Shown: positions 61,185 through 64,000 of the stretch, in pieces
Layout of the letters: each line of letters opens with the position of its first letter
Position numbering within the stretch: the first letter of the stretch is position 1
IMG/VR virus record: IMGVR_UViG_3300013936_000011
Span: 82,601-146,600 of that record
Direction: 5' to 3' (one strand)
DNA from: a virus
Lineage: Duplodnaviria; Caudoviricetes
Length of the DNA stretch: 64,000 bases
Position numbers and translations under genes: made by a program
Notes under the pieces: generated by a model
What the model was told of the DNA's origin: nothing
Database searches by the model: none
What the model saw: only the letters and a program-made list of their open reading frames with translations

Positions 61185-62060
61185 ATGAAAAAAATAATTG
61201 CATTGCTATTAGTATCATTGATGGTATGTGTGCCTAATATTTCTTATTGCGCACCTGTCGATATTATATTTGATATTATAAATAGAGAGCATAGTACTAA
61301 TAGCTCAAGAGCAATGGAGTTGTTATATAGTTTCAAAAAATCCGCAAAGGCAAATAAAGATAATAAAGAGCCTAAAGATGTGAAGATAATCAAAAACGAA
61401 AAAGAGCTTAATGAAGCTAACTTACAGAAAGGGAAAATTCAAGGAACTCTTATCGGTATTGATGTATCTAAATGGAATGGTAATATAAATTGGAAACAAG
61501 TTAAAGAAGCTGGAATTCAATTTGCTGTTATCAGAGCAGGATATGGGTATACAAAAGATAAGAAATTTAAACGTAATATAGAAGGTGCAATAAAAAACGA
61601 TATTTATATAGGTATTTATTGGTTCAGTTATGCATACACAGTAGACATGGCAATTAAAGAAGCTAAAGTATGTGCTGATATAATTAAGCCTTATAAAAAT
61701 GAGATTGATTTGCCAGTATATTTTGATTATGAATATGATAGTGTAGATTATGCTCATAAGAGAGGCAAATCTATTACTAAAACATTGACTACAAATATGG
61801 CAGATGCTTTCTGTTCTACAATAACGAGTTATGGATACGAAGCTGGTATATATACTAACTTAGACTTCTCTAATAATTATTTCAGAAAATCAATGTTAGA
61901 AAAATGGCAAATATGGATAGCTCAATGGACTAGAACTAATACTTATAAGAAAACTGATTATTCAATGTGGCAATATAGCGCTAAAGGCTATGTTAAGGGT
62001 ATAAAAGGTTATGTAGATATGGATTATTTCTACGGTGATAAATATGAGAAGAAAAACTAA
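61185..62060 (+). CDS. GH25 muramidase with signal peptide
   Basis: GIDVSKWNG.INW..VK, IRAGYG, YWFSYA, FDYEY, WIAQW, WQYS..G.V.GI...VDMD; N-terminal MKK + hydrophobic stretch. Confidence 0.9.
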   Translation: MKKIIALLLVSLMVCVPNISYCAPVDIIFDIINREHSTNSSRAMELLYSFKKSAKANKDNKEPKDVKIIKNEKELNEANLQKGKIQGTLIGIDVSKWNGNINWKQVKEAGIQFAVIRAGYGYTKDKKFKRNIEGAIKNDIYIGIYWFSYAYTVDMAIKEAKVCADIIKPYKNEIDLPVYFDYEYDSVDYAHKRGKSITKTLTTNMADAFCSTITSYGYEAGIYTNLDFSNNYFRKSMLEKWQIWIAQWTRTNTYKKTDYSMWQYSAKGYVKGIKGYVDMDYFYGDKYEKKN

Positions 62061-62787
62061 AAAGTTATTAGTATTGTTTCTTGCATTTGCATTAATATTC
62101 TTAACAGGAGCTTCAGTAAACGCTTATGACATAGCAACAGAGGCTACAACTGATGTATCTCAATCCAGACAATTTTTGAAAGACCGCAACGCTAGTGATA
62201 AAATGCTAGATAATTTAGATTTTATCTATGATTATTGTAAGAAGATAGGAATAGATCCTACTATAGTTGTTGCAATATCTAGTATAGAAACAGGATATGG
62301 GAAATCTCATTTATTCGTTAGTTATAATAACCCAGGCGGTATAAAAGCAAGGGGCGGCTGGGAAAAATTCGATACAGTAGAAGATGGCTATAGATATATG
62401 ATTAGACTATTAGCTACATATGCTGGTCTTATAAATAAAGATTCATGGCTATACGGTAAAGCTACTACCACACAACAATTAGGAAATTATTATTGGGTAG
62501 AAAACGGCTGTGACCATGGATATCACAATCAATTAACTCGCCAAATTAAAACTATACAATCTTATAAAGTTAAAAAAACAAAAACTAAAACTATAAAAAA
62601 AGAATCTTTAGAATTAAAAAACTCAAAAGAAACTGGTAATAAAAATGCTATAGATATAATAGACAATATAATAAATAGAAAAGAACATTCTCATAATAAT
62701 GCTCTACAAGAAATACTTAACAGAAGTAACAATCATAAGAAGAATGGTAGTTCTTTAGATTTAATCTATAATAGTCTAAAAAAATAG
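62044..62787 (+). CDS. Glucosaminidase (GH73/lysozyme-like) with signal peptide
   Basis: GIDP..VVAIS.IETGYGKS...NNPGGIK...F.TVEDG; signal peptide ending VNA; ATG 62044 after GGTGA. Confidence 0.8.
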   Translation: MRRKTKKLLVLFLAFALIFLTGASVNAYDIATEATTDVSQSRQFLKDRNASDKMLDNLDFIYDYCKKIGIDPTIVVAISSIETGYGKSHLFVSYNNPGGIKARGGWEKFDTVEDGYRYMIRLLATYAGLINKDSWLYGKATTTQQLGNYYWVENGCDHGYHNQLTRQIKTIQSYKVKKTKTKTIKKESLELKNSKETGNKNAIDIIDNIINRKEHSHNNALQEILNRSNNHKKNGSSLDLIYNSLKK

Positions 62788-62798
62788 AGGTGACAGAC

Positions 62799-63053
62799 AT
62801 GAAGGAATTTTTAGATAAACATACTAAATTAAAAAGTCCATATTTCTGGCTAAGTGTTGTGGCATTAATATTTAGTGCTAGTGGCGTTGATTTCAATCAA
62901 TTAACTAGCTGGCAATTATTAGGTCAAGCATTAGTAAGTATATTAAATAATCCAGTATCTATAGTAGCAGTAATAACTGCATTCTTAGGAATATGGAATG
63001 ATAACAGTACTAAAGGTTTAGATAATGTGACTAACAAAAAAGGTGGTGAATAG
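62799..63053 (+). CDS. Holin (phi LC3-like family)
   Basis: KLKSPYFW...NP..I...LGI..D.STKGL.D with two TM segments; ATG 62799 follows GAGGTG. Confidence 0.85.
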   Translation: MKEFLDKHTKLKSPYFWLSVVALIFSASGVDFNQLTSWQLLGQALVSILNNPVSIVAVITAFLGIWNDNSTKGLDNVTNKKGGE

Positions 63054-63054
63054 T

Positions 63055-63099
63055 ATGGCATGTAAAAAAGGCGGAAAGAAAAAGAAAGGCGGTAAATAA
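63055..63099 (+). CDS. 14-aa Lys/Gly peptide MACKKGGKKKKGGK
   Basis: ATG one base after the holin stop, with an AGGTGGTG RBS; below the ORF-track size cutoff. Confidence 0.6.
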   Translation: MACKKGGKKKKGGK

Positions 63100-63124
63100 A
63101 TATAAAGAAAGGAAGCGACAATTA

Positions 63125-64000
63125 ATGACAGTTAAGAAACCAACTATGGTTAATAAAACACCAGCTAAAATTAGTAAATATATCGCTGGTGGTACAAGAT
63201 CTAGAACAACTAAGATAGCCTGGCATTATACAGGTCTACATGATGTTAAAGGTATTAACACCATTAATAATTGGTTCAATTCTATAAATAGAGGCGAACA
63301 AGGAAATAGATACGCTTCAGCTCATTTTGTTATGGACTTAGACGGTACTATATATGAATATGTACCAATGAGTAGAATAGCATGGACAACTAATAGCGCG
63401 AATTATTACAGTATAGGTATAGAATGTGCTACTACTGGAACTAATGACCACTATTCAGACAAAGAATATGTATCAATGGTTAAACTTGGAGCATGGCTTG
63501 CTCAATACTATGGACTAGATCCACGTACAGATTTTATAAGACATACAGATGTTGTTGGTAGAGCTTATAAGATATGTCCTAAATATTTTGTTGACCATGA
63601 AGATAAATGGAATCAATTTAAACTAGATTGTTACAATTACTTAAAAGGTAAATTAACTGAAAAGAATATACGTAACTGCACTAACGGTAAAGGCAATAGC
63701 ATAGTATCATCAGGAGGAGGAGCAACTACATCACAACCAAGCGTTAAAGAAACTGCTTGTAATGAAGTAGGCTACGTTAACGTACCTGATTCTACATTAA
63801 ATGTAAGAAAAGGCCCTGGTACTGCTTATGATAAATTAGGTTCATTAAAAGATGATACTAAGGTAGAGATAAAAGCTATATGCGATAACGGATGGTGTAA
63901 GATAGTATACGACGGAGGTTATGGATATGTTAAAGAATCATATCTAGACGGTATTGAAGAAGTTCAATCTGTCAGAAAAATGATAAAGAATATATCAGAT
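63125..64000 (+). CDS. Endolysin: N-acetylmuramoyl-L-alanine amidase (Amidase_2) + SH3b, 3'-truncated
   Basis: Hand translation gives KIAWHYTG, ASAHFV..LDG.IY, SIGIEC, IRH.DV....K.CP, then LNVRKGPGT.Y...GW.KI...GYGYV; absent from the ORF track because it runs off the window. Confidence 0.9.
   Translation, partial: MTVKKPTMVNKTPAKISKYIAGGTRSRTTKIAWHYTGLHDVKGINTINNWFNSINRGEQGNRYASAHFVMDLDGTIYEYVPMSRIAWTTNSANYYSIGIECATTGTNDHYSDKEYVSMVKLGAWLAQYYGLDPRTDFIRHTDVVGRAYKICPKYFVDHEDKWNQFKLDCYNYLKGKLTEKNIRNCTNGKGNSIVSSGGGATTSQPSVKETACNEVGYVNVPDSTLNVRKGPGTAYDKLGSLKDDTKVEIKAICDNGWCKIVYDGGYGYVKESYLDGIEEVQSVRKMIKNISD

Noticed and set aside
62790-62801. Lambda-S-like dual-start holin (GTG 62790 / ATG 62799)
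   Set aside because: The GTG is part of the GAGGTG RBS for ATG 62799 and has no RBS of its own.
1933-63121. Numerous minus-strand and off-frame ORFs in the track
   Set aside because: They lie within or across long + strand genes, show no recognisable motifs, and are expected antisense shadows of biased codon use.
1-64000. Stop-codon reassignment
   Set aside because: Very long ORFs are intact in the standard code, and TAA, TAG and TGA all end genes directly before the next RBS or a terminator.
1-64000. CRISPR array, tRNA, rRNA or long ncRNA
   Set aside because: Intergenic gaps are at most about 120 nt and are explained by terminators, promoters and RBSs; no repeat-spacer pattern or cloverleaf was seen.

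Overview
This AT-rich window comes from a large tailed dsDNA bacteriophage, probably infecting a low-GC Firmicute (Clostridia-like; host inferred from strong AGGAGG/GGTG RBSs, SH3b domains, a LC3-type holin and no recognisable spanins). All credible genes are on the + strand; the minus-strand ORFs are shadows. Layout: 1-50.1 kb tail, baseplate and fibre genes; 50.2-53.0 kb a three-gene replication island (unknown gene, archaeo-eukaryotic primase, DnaB-like helicase) behind a sigma-A-like promoter; 53.0-60.1 kb a chain of coiled-coil fibre genes; 60.2-64 kb a lysis region (GH25, GH73-like, holin, a 14-aa basic peptide, amidase-SH3b). Structural operons begin with a recurring RGTAATA motif, usually just after an intrinsic terminator, which is a candidate phage late promoter. 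Two hypotheses stand out. (1) The fibre genes carry recurring short terminal motifs, including four dispersed paralogous 'MLTKxQT' N-termini, that look like a plug-and-socket code for chaining fibres and swapping their tips. (2) A 184-aa adaptor is followed by a metallophosphatase and a 2836-aa CotH-like kinase/LRR/DUF285-type protein, suggesting a virion-displayed kinase-phosphatase pair. All domain calls come from recognising motifs by eye; no searches were run.
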